From contig JBDRBB010000001.1 of assembly GCA_043823065.1 (NCBI GenBank), positions 123,045 to 187,044 of the forward strand: a stretch of 64,000 nucleotides of DNA, written 5' to 3'. Position 1 is the first letter of the stretch, and each line of letters starts with the position of its first letter. Shown in pieces: positions 1-8,790 of the stretch. The notes beneath the pieces were generated by a model. The model was not told where the DNA came from. It worked only from the letters and a program-made list of their open reading frames with translations, and did no database searches. The translations under genes were made by a program, and so were the position numbers. Source of the DNA: Pseudomonadota bacterium. GTDB lineage: Bacteria > UBA10199 > 2-02-FULL-44-16 > DYJF01.

Positions 1-1034
1 AAGATGAACATCTGAATATTTTTGGCCCTTCTGTAAAGGCTGCTTGTTTGGAATCTTCAAAAGTTTTTGCCAAAGAGTTTTGTTTAAAACATAAAATACC
101 AACACCTAAAGCTGTTTTTTTTGATGATATTAAGCAAGCTGTTGCTTATGTAGAGACACAAAACAAGCCTATGGTTATTAAAGCTGATGGTTTGGCTGCA
201 GGCAAGGGGGTGTTGATTTGTCAGGATAAAAATGAAGGTTTGGATGCTCTAAAAAATATTATGGTAGCCAGGTCTTTTGGTGATGCTGGTAATAAAGTTG
301 TAATTGAGGAATTTATTGAAGGAGAGGAACTTTCTTTTATTGCTATTTCCGATGGTGAAACAATTTTACCTTTGGCTAGTTCTCAAGATCATAAGCGCGC
401 GTTAGATAATGATCTTGGATTAAATACCGGAGGTATGGGCGCTTATTCACCAGCATCTATTTTAACTCAAGATCTGCACGATCAGATTATGCATGACATT
501 ATGCAACCAGTTATAAAAGGTATGGCGGCCCAAGGAACTCCTTTTATAGGTATTTTATATGCTGGTATAATGATTAAAAATAATGTCCCTTATGTACTGG
601 AATTTAATTGTCGATTTGGTGATCCTGAAACTCAACCAATTTTAATGCGTTTAAATACCGATTTGTTGGATATCATAGAAAGTGCAGTAAGCGGATATTT
701 GGCTAGCTGGAAATTAGATTGGAAGCCTGATTCAGCTGTTTGTGTGGTTATGGCAGCAGAGGGTTATCCTGGTAGATATGAAAAAGGAAGAAAGATTAAT
801 GGTTTAAATGAGGTGGAGAATTTGCCTGGAGTTAAAGTCTTTCATGCAGGAACTCTGCAGGAGAATAATCAAATAGTTACCAATGGTGGCCGTGTATTAG
901 GAGTGACAGCTTTGGGTGAAGATATAAATATTGCTGTTAGAAATGCTTATGCTGCTGTGGAAAAGATATCTTGGGAAGGTGTGCATTACAGAAAAGACAT
1001 TGGAAAACGCGCCCTAGGGGGGAAAAATGGCTGA
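1..1034 (+). CDS. purD: Phosphoribosylamine-glycine ligase, 5'-truncated by window edge
   Basis: Motifs VIKADGLAAGKGV, SQDHKR, NTGGMGAYSP, LEFNCRFGDPETQ. Frame is open upstream of the listed TTG (DEHLNIFGPSVKAA). Confidence 0.97.
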   Translation, partial: DEHLNIFGPSVKAACLESSKVFAKEFCLKHKIPTPKAVFFDDIKQAVAYVETQNKPMVIKADGLAAGKGVLICQDKNEGLDALKNIMVARSFGDAGNKVVIEEFIEGEELSFIAISDGETILPLASSQDHKRALDNDLGLNTGGMGAYSPASILTQDLHDQIMHDIMQPVIKGMAAQGTPFIGILYAGIMIKNNVPYVLEFNCRFGDPETQPILMRLNTDLLDIIESAVSGYLASWKLDWKPDSAVCVVMAAEGYPGRYEKGRKINGLNEVENLPGVKVFHAGTLQENNQIVTNGGRVLGVTALGEDINIAVRNAYAAVEKISWEGVHYRKDIGKRALGGKNG

Positions 1035-1515
1035 AAAAGCAAATGTCATGATTTTAATGGGTTCAGATTCAGATCTGGCTGTAATGGAGGAAACAAAAAA
1101 GACTCTAGCTGAATTTGAAGTTGCTTGCAAAATGCATATTGCTTCAGCTCATCGTTCTCCAGAAAAAGTGGCAGATTTGGTAGGCAAGGCTCAAAAAAAT
1201 GGTATAAAGGTTATTATTGCTGGCGCAGGCATGGCTGCACATCTGGCTGGCGCTGTGGCTGCGCACACTACCTTGCCAGTTATTGGAGTTCCTTTGGCAG
1301 GATCAGCTTTAAATGGTTTAGATGCCTTGCTTTCGACAGTGCAAATGCCGTCAGGAATGCCAGTGGCAACAATGGCCATCGGCAAACCTGGCGCCAAGAA
1401 CGCGGCAATTTTAGCGGTGCAGATATTAGCAACATCAGATGATGATTTGGCAGATAAATTGATGAAGTTTCGTGAGAAAATGAAAGCTAAGGTGGAGGAT
1501 AGTGAATGTCTTTAA
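1027..1515 (+). CDS. purE: N5-CAIR mutase
   Basis: [26 protein letters not shown] motifs; overlaps purD stop. Confidence 0.97.
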   Translation: MAEKANVMILMGSDSDLAVMEETKKTLAEFEVACKMHIASAHRSPEKVADLVGKAQKNGIKVIIAGAGMAAHLAGAVAAHTTLPVIGVPLAGSALNGLDALLSTVQMPSGMPVATMAIGKPGAKNAAILAVQILATSDDDLADKLMKFREKMKAKVEDSECL

Positions 1516-2144
1516 TATTACGCATCAATCCTAAAGAACCGGAAGCAGCAGAAATTGCCAAAGCAGTAGAATTTTTGCAAACCGGTGAGGTTGTTGCTTA
1601 TCCAACTGAAACTATTTTTGGTTTAGGTGCAGATGTATTTAATAAGAAAGCTATTAAAAAAATTTATGATTTAAAATCCAGGGATTATGGTTTACCCATC
1701 TCCATTTTAATTGCTGATATTCCCATGCTCCGTCAATATGTTAAAGAAGTTCCAGATCATGCTTTAAGATTAATGCGCAAATTTTGGCCAGGACCATTAA
1801 CCATTTGTTTTCCAGCTAGTGAAGAAATTCCTAAAGGGTTAGTCACGAATACGGGTAGGGTTGGAGTTAGGCTTTCCTCACATCCTGTGGCTGCTGCTTT
1901 GGTAAAAGTTTTTGGTAAAGCCATAACCACTACCAGCGCTAATCTTTCAGGATATCCACCGGCTTTATCAGTTAAGCATATTCAAAAATATTTTGGCGAA
2001 AAAATACCTTGTATTATTGATGCTGGTGAGTGCGATCCTTCAAAAGGTTCAACAGTAGTTGATGTTGGTGAAGATACTATGCGTATTATTCGTGAAGGAA
2101 GTATCCCAGCAGATGAAGTGATTAAGTGTTTTCAAGATGCCTAA
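1506..2144 (+). CDS. tsaC: L-threonylcarbamoyladenylate synthase (YrdC/Sua5 domain)
   Basis: [36 protein letters not shown] motifs. Confidence 0.93.
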   Translation: MSLILRINPKEPEAAEIAKAVEFLQTGEVVAYPTETIFGLGADVFNKKAIKKIYDLKSRDYGLPISILIADIPMLRQYVKEVPDHALRLMRKFWPGPLTICFPASEEIPKGLVTNTGRVGVRLSSHPVAAALVKVFGKAITTTSANLSGYPPALSVKHIQKYFGEKIPCIIDAGECDPSKGSTVVDVGEDTMRIIREGSIPADEVIKCFQDA

Positions 2145-2463
2145 TCTCTCCTACTTGAAATCTGATGTCCTTAATATTAATTCCAGGCACTGCTAATTTT
2201 ATTTTTTCCAAAAGAGTGGATTGGAGAAAACTAAGTTCTTGCATCCAGGATGCATGCTTGACTTTAATCACTAAAGTATTCCCTTGCCATTTAGCAGGTT
2301 GAGAATTTTGGGCTATTTGCGGTCCAACAATATCTTCCCATATTTCACATACTTGATATTGACGCATTTTTTTGGTTAAGCCCATATTTTTTAGGGCATC
2401 ACCTAGAGCGGTGCTAAAGGTGCAGAAATTTTTATTCTTTTTTCTTTTGGGAGAGGGACGCAT
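2122..2463 (-). CDS. dciA: DUF721/DciA replicative helicase loader-family protein
   Basis: WEDIVGPQIAQNSQP...LVIKVKHASWMQELSF...IKDIRFQVG pattern typical of DUF721. Confidence 0.85.
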   Translation of the reverse strand: MRPSPKRKKNKNFCTFSTALGDALKNMGLTKKMRQYQVCEIWEDIVGPQIAQNSQPAKWQGNTLVIKVKHASWMQELSFLQSTLLEKIKLAVPGINIKDIRFQVGEIRHLENT

Positions 2464-2521
2464 GATATGCGTGCTTTAACACAATACTGGTTAATATCAA
2501 GATTTTTAGCCCCACAACTTT

Positions 2522-2587
2522 AAATAAAAAAAGCCGATAAGAGCTAGCGTGTTGCTACTTCGGCAACCCAGCCACCATATCGGCTTT
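2522..2587 (-). terminator. Intrinsic terminator (riboswitch expression platform)
   Basis: Minus strand: GCCGAUA...GUUGC-CGAAGUA-GCAAC...UAUCGGC then a U-run; stem overlaps the 3' strand of the aptamer. Confidence 0.75.
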
Positions 2588-2697
2588 TCACCGTCCATCT
2601 GGTCCTGAATCCAGGAACTCACATGAACATTAAGTCAAAGCGACTTAGGCCTGTTGGCTTTGCGTCCCCTGATTTCTCAGGGTTTGCCCTTATCGGC
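2558..2697 (-). ncRNA. c-di-GMP-I (GEMM-I) riboswitch aptamer with expanded P3
   Basis: Minus strand reads AAGGGCAAACCCUGA-GAAA-UCAGGGGACGCAAAGCCAACAGGCCUAAG...UAUGGUGGCUGGGUUGCCGAA, matching the GEMM-I consensus blocks. Confidence 0.9.
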
Positions 2698-2704
2698 AAT
2701 TACT

Positions 2705-2713
2705 ATTATACCA
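2705..2713 (-). promoter_or_regulatory. Extended -10 promoter (TGnTATAAT) for the riboswitch transcript
   Basis: Minus strand TGGTATAAT 7 nt before the aptamer 5' end. Confidence 0.6.
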
Positions 2714-2874
2714 GAAAAATTAAGAATTATAAATGTTTTTTTTAGCTTGCTGATGCTTGTAATTACTGGAAATATTGCAAGCTATAGATATAATATAACA
2801 ATTGACAAGTATGAGCGTTGACAAGTATACCGCGTGTCTGCAATAATTAATTATTAATAAAATGGGGGAAAGGG

Positions 2875-3249
2875 GTGGTGGTTATGAATAAAAAAGATTT
2901 AGAACATTTTAGAAAAATTCTTTTGCAGCGCCAACGAGATCTTATGGAAACAGCCTTAAATACTAAGGAAGAAGGTTTGGGTTTTGACCAAGCAGATATG
3001 CCAGATGAAGTGGATTTGGCAACTACCGAATGGGGACAATCCCTAAACCTTAGATTGCGTGATCGTGAATTGGTTTTGTGGAAAAAGATAAACAAGGCTT
3101 TAGAAAAGATTGAAGATGGAAGCTATGGAGTTTGCGAAAATTGTGAAGAGGAAATTACTAAGAAAAGATTAGAAGCCAGGCCAGTTGCCGAGCTCTGTAT
3201 TAAATGTAAAGAACAAATGGAAAAATTGGAAAAGGGCTACGCAGAATAG
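2875..3249 (+). CDS. dksA: DksA/TraR C4 zinc-finger transcription factor (start may be ATG 2884)
   Basis: DEVDLA coiled-coil tip; YGVCENC...RLEARPVAELCIKC. Confidence 0.9.
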   Translation: MVVMNKKDLEHFRKILLQRQRDLMETALNTKEEGLGFDQADMPDEVDLATTEWGQSLNLRLRDRELVLWKKINKALEKIEDGSYGVCENCEEEITKKRLEARPVAELCIKCKEQMEKLEKGYAE

Positions 3250-3251
3250 AA

Positions 3252-6122
3252 TTAATCCCTGCCTTTTTTGCAAATTTTGTTTCGATGATAAGGGCATTTA
3301 AAACAGGGCGGTTGCTTAACAACGACCTCAAATTTTTCTTGCTTAATATTATTAATTATTTTTTCAAGTTTAGATTTATATTTTTTAGCCCACACGTCAT
3401 CTATAGTTAATGGCCAAATAATATCTGGTTCTAAAAAATATAATTTTGTCTCGCTAATGTTTAAGGCCAAAGCATAGGTTGCCAGCTGCAGTTCATATTC
3501 TTGAGAGCTTTTTTCTACTTCTTTATCTGTGATATGGTCTGTTTTGAAATCAATTATTTCAAAACCACTCTTGCCAGGTTTTAGCCAATCAATTGTTCCG
3601 GTAATAATAGAATCATTAAACTTCCAATCAAAATGCAATTCTCTTTGACCGCTGTTTATGTTCTTAGCTAAAGGATTTTTCAAAAAAGTTAGTACTGGTT
3701 TTTCAATGACTTTAATTATTTTTGAAACAGGATTTATATTAGAGTTGATGCATTCAGCTTTGATTAAATCTTGAAGATGGGTTTTTAAACTGGGCTCATA
3801 CTTTTGAATAATACTATGAATAATCGATCCTTTTATATTTGCTGGAAGAAGATCAGGCTTGCGTGAAAAAAAATCTTCCGCAGGTAGTCCCAAATGATAT
3901 TTGAGAAAATATTCATGAGGACAGCGCTCATAGCATTCTAACTCTGAAACAGTAAAAAAACTGGGCGTAAATGAAGTCACTGGTTCAGTTGCGGCCATAG
4001 AAATATTATTCAACTTAAGTTGCAATGACTTATCTTGTTTAGATAAGTCCTGACCAGGATTTAGAATAGTTATGGAGCTTTTCTCTGTTGGCAAAGCCAG
4101 CCATTCTTGCCACTTTCCAGAAGGTTTTTGGCCATGGTGAATTGGGATAATTAGACGATCTTTGGCCCTGGTAATTGCTACATAAAGCAATCTTTGCAAT
4201 TCTTGTTCTTCTTCAGCCAAGTCCACTTCTTTGAGTTCCCTAAAAGCTGTAGTTTCTTGACGTTCCGCAAATGGCTGGACAGGGTTCTTAAGTTTAACTT
4301 CCAGACCTTTGTTGCGCACAAAGCGCCACGGATTTGCGTTAGCTGATTTCTTGCGCAAAAGATCAGGCAGAATGACTATTGGAAATTCTAAGCCTTTGGC
4401 TGCGTGAACAGTAAGGCAAGATATCACATCAGTACCAAAAGCGCTAACTGTCGGGTCACCTAGATGGGCATTTTTGGCCTTCATTTCATTTAAAAAACTG
4501 ACAAATGTTTCCAAAGTAATAGGACCTGACTGTTCAAAGCTCTTGGCTAAACCTATTATGCGCTCTAAATTAGCAGTCATGCTGCCAGAAGCGTCAAGCT
4601 TATCACAAATAAGGTCATAGCCGGTTTTTTGAATGGCTTGCTCCAGAATTTCAGAAGGTCTAAGATGCAAGGATGCTTGTTTTAAAAAATCTAAAATTCT
4701 CAGTCTTTGATCTGACTGCTGATTTTGACAAAAATGCAAACACTCTTCGTCAGAAAAGCCAATAAAAGGGGAACGCAGCAAACCTAAAAGAGCTGGTTTA
4801 CTTTGTGGGTTAACCACATAGGTTAAGAGGTTAATTAAATCATTGGTCTCACGTTTTTCCAGCAATCCTTTGCCTCCCAAAAATCGATAAGGAATGTTAT
4901 GTTTTTTAAAACTTGTTTCATATTCATGAAGATTGGTCATAGCTTGAAATAAACAGGCAATGTCAGAATATTTGTATCCCTGTTTATTTACTAGATTGTT
5001 AATTTGTTCAACCAGAGCAAGGGCCTCCTTTTGTCTGGCTGCTCCAAGTGATTTTTCCGGATTAGTGAACAACATAGTTTGCACAGCTTTGGCATTTTTT
5101 GCATCTGGGCGCGCGGGATTTAGTTGGTGAAAGTTAAAAAGCGAATTAGCAAAATAAACTATTTCAGGTTCAGAACGAAAATTATCGGTTAGAGAAATTA
5201 TTTGGCCATTATTTTCCTGAATTTTTTTAAGAGCTTGCTCAAAACAATTAACATTGGCTCCGCGAAAGCGATAAATGGATTGATGCGGGTCCCCCACAAT
5301 AGCCAAAAAATTTTGTGTTGGAGAAGCCAGAGTAAATATCAGCTCAGATTGCAGATCATTGGTATCTTGAAATTCATCTACCAAAATATGGGCAAACTTT
5401 TTTTGATAAAAAGCTCGGATCTTGGGAAAGCTTGTTAATAAATGGAGAGCGTTAATTTCCAGTTGTTGAAAATCAAGCGCTTCTTTTGCCCTCAAACTTG
5501 CAAGAATGTTTTGCTCAATGCGCAAATAACAATGTTTAATGGCCTGCTTGATTTTTATTTCATGTTTTGATCCTTTGGCAGGTAAATTCAAAATTTGCCG
5601 CGTATGCCAACGAAAAGCACAAAGGTCGGTAAACAAGCCAAGGGCATGTTTGAAATCCATTTCTTCAATTAATAATAGTGCTTGTTCATCTTTTTCATCC
5701 AGCAGACCCAGCAAAGTAGAAGTGCAGACTTGTTGCCCAAGCAGATGCATTTGATTTTCATCAAGAATTCTAAAATTAGGATCAAGGTCTAAGAGGGCAG
5801 CGTTTTGTCTAAGTATTTTAGCGCAAAAACTGTGAAAAGTTCCAATCCAGGCATTAACCAGTACATGTTGGCTGTTTGGCGGAAGATGTTTTCTCAATCT
5901 TTCCAGGAGTTCGCCAGCAGCTTTTTCCGTAAAAGTTATAATTAGAAAATTGTTAAGCAGGTCCGGATTATTTTTTATTATGTTTAAACAACGCTGGATC
6001 AAGACCGTTGTCTTTCCAGAACCTGCCCCAGCTATAATTCCCACCCATTCCTGGGTGGCTTCAATTGCTTTCTTCTGAGCTGGTGTCAGTGTTTTTTGCG
6101 TTGTAGCGACAGATGTTTTCAT
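3252..6122 (-). CDS. addA: AddA-like UvrD helicase with C-terminal PD-(D/E)xK nuclease
   Basis: AGAGSGKT, TFTEKAA, DEFQD, VGDPHQSIYRFRGA, TVHAAKGLEF, LLYVAITRA, GTIDW...DFKT. Start placed at ATG 6122. Confidence 0.85.
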   Translation of the reverse strand: MKTSVATTQKTLTPAQKKAIEATQEWVGIIAGAGSGKTTVLIQRCLNIIKNNPDLLNNFLIITFTEKAAGELLERLRKHLPPNSQHVLVNAWIGTFHSFCAKILRQNAALLDLDPNFRILDENQMHLLGQQVCTSTLLGLLDEKDEQALLLIEEMDFKHALGLFTDLCAFRWHTRQILNLPAKGSKHEIKIKQAIKHCYLRIEQNILASLRAKEALDFQQLEINALHLLTSFPKIRAFYQKKFAHILVDEFQDTNDLQSELIFTLASPTQNFLAIVGDPHQSIYRFRGANVNCFEQALKKIQENNGQIISLTDNFRSEPEIVYFANSLFNFHQLNPARPDAKNAKAVQTMLFTNPEKSLGAARQKEALALVEQINNLVNKQGYKYSDIACLFQAMTNLHEYETSFKKHNIPYRFLGGKGLLEKRETNDLINLLTYVVNPQSKPALLGLLRSPFIGFSDEECLHFCQNQQSDQRLRILDFLKQASLHLRPSEILEQAIQKTGYDLICDKLDASGSMTANLERIIGLAKSFEQSGPITLETFVSFLNEMKAKNAHLGDPTVSAFGTDVISCLTVHAAKGLEFPIVILPDLLRKKSANANPWRFVRNKGLEVKLKNPVQPFAERQETTAFRELKEVDLAEEEQELQRLLYVAITRAKDRLIIPIHHGQKPSGKWQEWLALPTEKSSITILNPGQDLSKQDKSLQLKLNNISMAATEPVTSFTPSFFTVSELECYERCPHEYFLKYHLGLPAEDFFSRKPDLLPANIKGSIIHSIIQKYEPSLKTHLQDLIKAECINSNINPVSKIIKVIEKPVLTFLKNPLAKNINSGQRELHFDWKFNDSIITGTIDWLKPGKSGFEIIDFKTDHITDKEVEKSSQEYELQLATYALALNISETKLYFLEPDIIWPLTIDDVWAKKYKSKLEKIINNIKQEKFEVVVKQPPCFKCPYHRNKICKKGRD

Positions 6123-8706
6123 AATCACAATAAGTTGGGCAATTATTTGGTTTAACCCTAAAGTCTGCATCCCGAATTTTTTCAATTAAAGTTGCAGCTG
6201 CTTTAAGCGAATTTTCTATTAAATCTTCCCATTGTTCATCATCTAAAAGACTTCTGGCTCTGCCTACGTCATAGTGAATGTGTTGAAATTGTTTTTTTAA
6301 AAAACCATGTTTTTTTTCCGCAGTTTTAACGCTAACCAGCATTGCACCTAAAGGAACACTGTCTGGTAAAAGCAAGCTGCGCACTGCCTGAACGTACATG
6401 GGTAATTGAAAGTGTAGGCCTTGTTTAATGCTATTTAAAACACTGCTGGTCTTTCCGCTCTTATAATCAAGAACCAAAAAACATTTATTGTCAGCAGTTG
6501 TATCAATGCGGTCAATGCGTCCCTGAATTAAAGCTGGCTCTTGTTGAGTAATATCTAGTTTTAGATCAAAATTCCATTCAGATTTTAGGGGTAAGACCGG
6601 GCTTGCTAACAGTCTGCATAATTCAATTTCCATTTTTATAACTTGCTCAGCAAGTAAATAAACTTTCTTTTTTTCCAAATCTCGCAATCCTGCAGCAGAA
6701 TAGGCAATTAAATCTTGGTATTTGTGAAATAAATCATCAACTATTTTAGCTAGGGTAGGTTTTAAAAGATTAAGTTTTCCAGAATCCGCAATTATAGTTT
6801 TAAATAAATCTAAATTATTACTGTAGAAGCGTTCTAAAGCAGCGTGAATAATGCTGCCTAAATCTTTGGCTTGAATTTCTGGAGTTATCTCTTGATCGGG
6901 TTTTAATTTTAAAACTTTTTCCAGATAAAATCTAAAAGGGCACTGGGCATATTTTTCAATTTGGGAAGGGCTCAAGGGTTCAGAAATAAAGCGTTGTTTA
7001 ATCATTTGGCGCAGTTTTGCATCAACAATTAAGCCATGATATTGAGGATGCTCCATCAGGCCAAAATCACGTTCCAACTCTACTTTGCTGATATGATCAA
7101 GATTATTTTCAAGCTCAGGATTATTTTGCAGCAAATTATTGCTGGTTTTTATGATGACAGGTTCTGGTTTTTGAAACTGCTCCAGAAAAAAAGAAGGCAT
7201 AGATTCTTGGCAATACGATAAAATAATCTTGGTTTTTGTGTTTTGCAATAGTCTTTGGAATAGAAAATGTTCTTGTCCTAATTTTTCAACAGACGAAAGA
7301 AATGCTGATTGAATTTTTGGATAGACAGCCAGATATTCATAGTTAAAAAAGACGTTGTCATTAGATTGCCTGGGATATTGTTTTTCCTGCATCTGGGGGA
7401 TGATTAAAACGTCAATGTTCTGCGGGGCAGTATTTTCAAAAAAGAACAAATTCAATGACGTAATTTTAGAAAGTTCCTGGCTGAAACTTGGCGGATTATT
7501 TAATTCATCTTCTAAAAGTCGCAGAAAAATATTTTTCGAAATATTGGGTACATTAAGATAGTCAGCCTGTGCCCCTAAGTTATGCAAGATAGTTTCAGTT
7601 TTGTTCAAGTTGATTATGCTTCTGGTCCAATATCTGTCTTCTGTTGTGTATTTGCTGATATCTTTTTGATACATTTTCTTTAAGATAATTAAAAATTGGG
7701 CGCAGAATTCACTTGGTTTGGCTGATTCAGGAAGTGCGTTGTAAATCTCTTCAGAAAATAGCTGATGCGCAAATGGCGCAGCTAAAGGACGATTTAAGCG
7801 AAATGAAGATTTAGCCAGACCGGTTTTAGCGAGCCTTTCAAGTAGATCTATAGCTTGGTGAGAAGTTTTCCGAAAACAAAGTCCAATGCTGGCTGGAGAC
7901 ACCTTTTCTTTTAAGAGCGCATTGATTTGCTCGATAATAAATTGCGTTTCCTGAGCAGGTGATCTTAGCAAAAAAACTTTTGGCTCAGGTGGGGAAACTT
8001 TATGACCTGTCTCTGATATTTCCTGAGCAACTGTTTTTAAATTTAGCCAGGTTTTTTCTAAATATGGTTTGCAGTTAAGGTTAAAGTTATCAGGATTGGG
8101 AAAGCTAACAATTATATTTTGATTTGGGTCTTGGCTCAGTGCATTTAAAAATTCAATCTGGCCAGCAGAAAAATAGTGAAACTTATCAAAAATTATTTGT
8201 TTTACGCTTTGTAAATATGTCGCCTGCTTTGTTTTTATTTTGTTTAAAGAAAGTTGAAAAAGATCTCCTTCATCTAAAAAACCGCGAGATTTCTTTTTGC
8301 GTTCATATTGTTCATAAATTTTTACAAAATCCAGTTCGCGGGAAAAGTGTCGCTGGCCAATTGTCTTTTTGATTTGTTCTACAAATAATAAGTTATGTTT
8401 TAGCAAAGTAATGGTTTGAGCTGCTTGTTTGGCTAATCCCAAATGAGTTGACTTAAAATAAGCTAATTGGCATGAGGGCAGGAGTTGATAGATGAACAGA
8501 ACTTGGGCTTGATTGGAAATAACCGGTAATGTTGTATTGGCTATTCTTTGAATAAGCTCGGGGAATGTAATAAATTTATCGCCGATTAAAAGATGATTTT
8601 CTTCTAAAAATTGTCGGCGTTTGGCCAAACAGCTTGCTTGGTCAGCTAAAATCCATAGGCTTTCCTCTTGGAATTTAATGGAATTAGTAACTAATTTTAG
8701 CGGCAT
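6061..8706 (-). CDS. addB: AddB-like subunit (degenerate helicase plus Fe-S PD-(D/E)xK nuclease)
   Basis: LSPSQIEKYAQCPFRF, GRIDRID, DYKSG, QLPMY, CPTYCDYENICR. Start at ATG 8706; the upstream extension is a translated REP. Confidence 0.82.
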   Translation of the reverse strand: MPLKLVTNSIKFQEESLWILADQASCLAKRRQFLEENHLLIGDKFITFPELIQRIANTTLPVISNQAQVLFIYQLLPSCQLAYFKSTHLGLAKQAAQTITLLKHNLLFVEQIKKTIGQRHFSRELDFVKIYEQYERKKKSRGFLDEGDLFQLSLNKIKTKQATYLQSVKQIIFDKFHYFSAGQIEFLNALSQDPNQNIIVSFPNPDNFNLNCKPYLEKTWLNLKTVAQEISETGHKVSPPEPKVFLLRSPAQETQFIIEQINALLKEKVSPASIGLCFRKTSHQAIDLLERLAKTGLAKSSFRLNRPLAAPFAHQLFSEEIYNALPESAKPSEFCAQFLIILKKMYQKDISKYTTEDRYWTRSIINLNKTETILHNLGAQADYLNVPNISKNIFLRLLEDELNNPPSFSQELSKITSLNLFFFENTAPQNIDVLIIPQMQEKQYPRQSNDNVFFNYEYLAVYPKIQSAFLSSVEKLGQEHFLFQRLLQNTKTKIILSYCQESMPSFFLEQFQKPEPVIIKTSNNLLQNNPELENNLDHISKVELERDFGLMEHPQYHGLIVDAKLRQMIKQRFISEPLSPSQIEKYAQCPFRFYLEKVLKLKPDQEITPEIQAKDLGSIIHAALERFYSNNLDLFKTIIADSGKLNLLKPTLAKIVDDLFHKYQDLIAYSAAGLRDLEKKKVYLLAEQVIKMEIELCRLLASPVLPLKSEWNFDLKLDITQQEPALIQGRIDRIDTTADNKCFLVLDYKSGKTSSVLNSIKQGLHFQLPMYVQAVRSLLLPDSVPLGAMLVSVKTAEKKHGFLKKQFQHIHYDVGRARSLLDDEQWEDLIENSLKAAATLIEKIRDADFRVKPNNCPTYCDYENICRYNAKNTDTSSEESN

Positions 8707-8718
8707 ATAATCCCCATT

Positions 8719-8744
8719 GTCATTCCCGCGAAAGCGGGAATCCA
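8719..8744 (+). repeat. REP-like palindrome family A
   Basis: GTCATTCCCGCGAAAGCGGGAATCCA; same core at 33346 and 35896, variant at 13638. Confidence 0.9.
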
Positions 8745-8790
8745 ATATAGATGTATTAATGGTTCATAAGGCAGGGGTCAATATCGTATT

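Noticed and set aside
2690..2697. GCCGATAA as a sigma28 -10 element
   Set aside because: No -35 at the right spacing; it is the riboswitch 5' strand and lies downstream of a sigma70-type -10.
2802..2828. TTGACAAGTAT direct repeat upstream of dksA
   Set aside because: Adequately explained as promoter -35-like sequence; too short to call an operator.
3252..8706. Cas4-like nuclease or defence system
   Set aside because: The nuclease domains are fused to AddA/AddB-type helicase bodies, consistent with recombination repair.
8707..8745. N-terminal extension MDSRFRGND of AddB
   Set aside because: Translation of a family A REP; ATG 8706 is the more plausible start.
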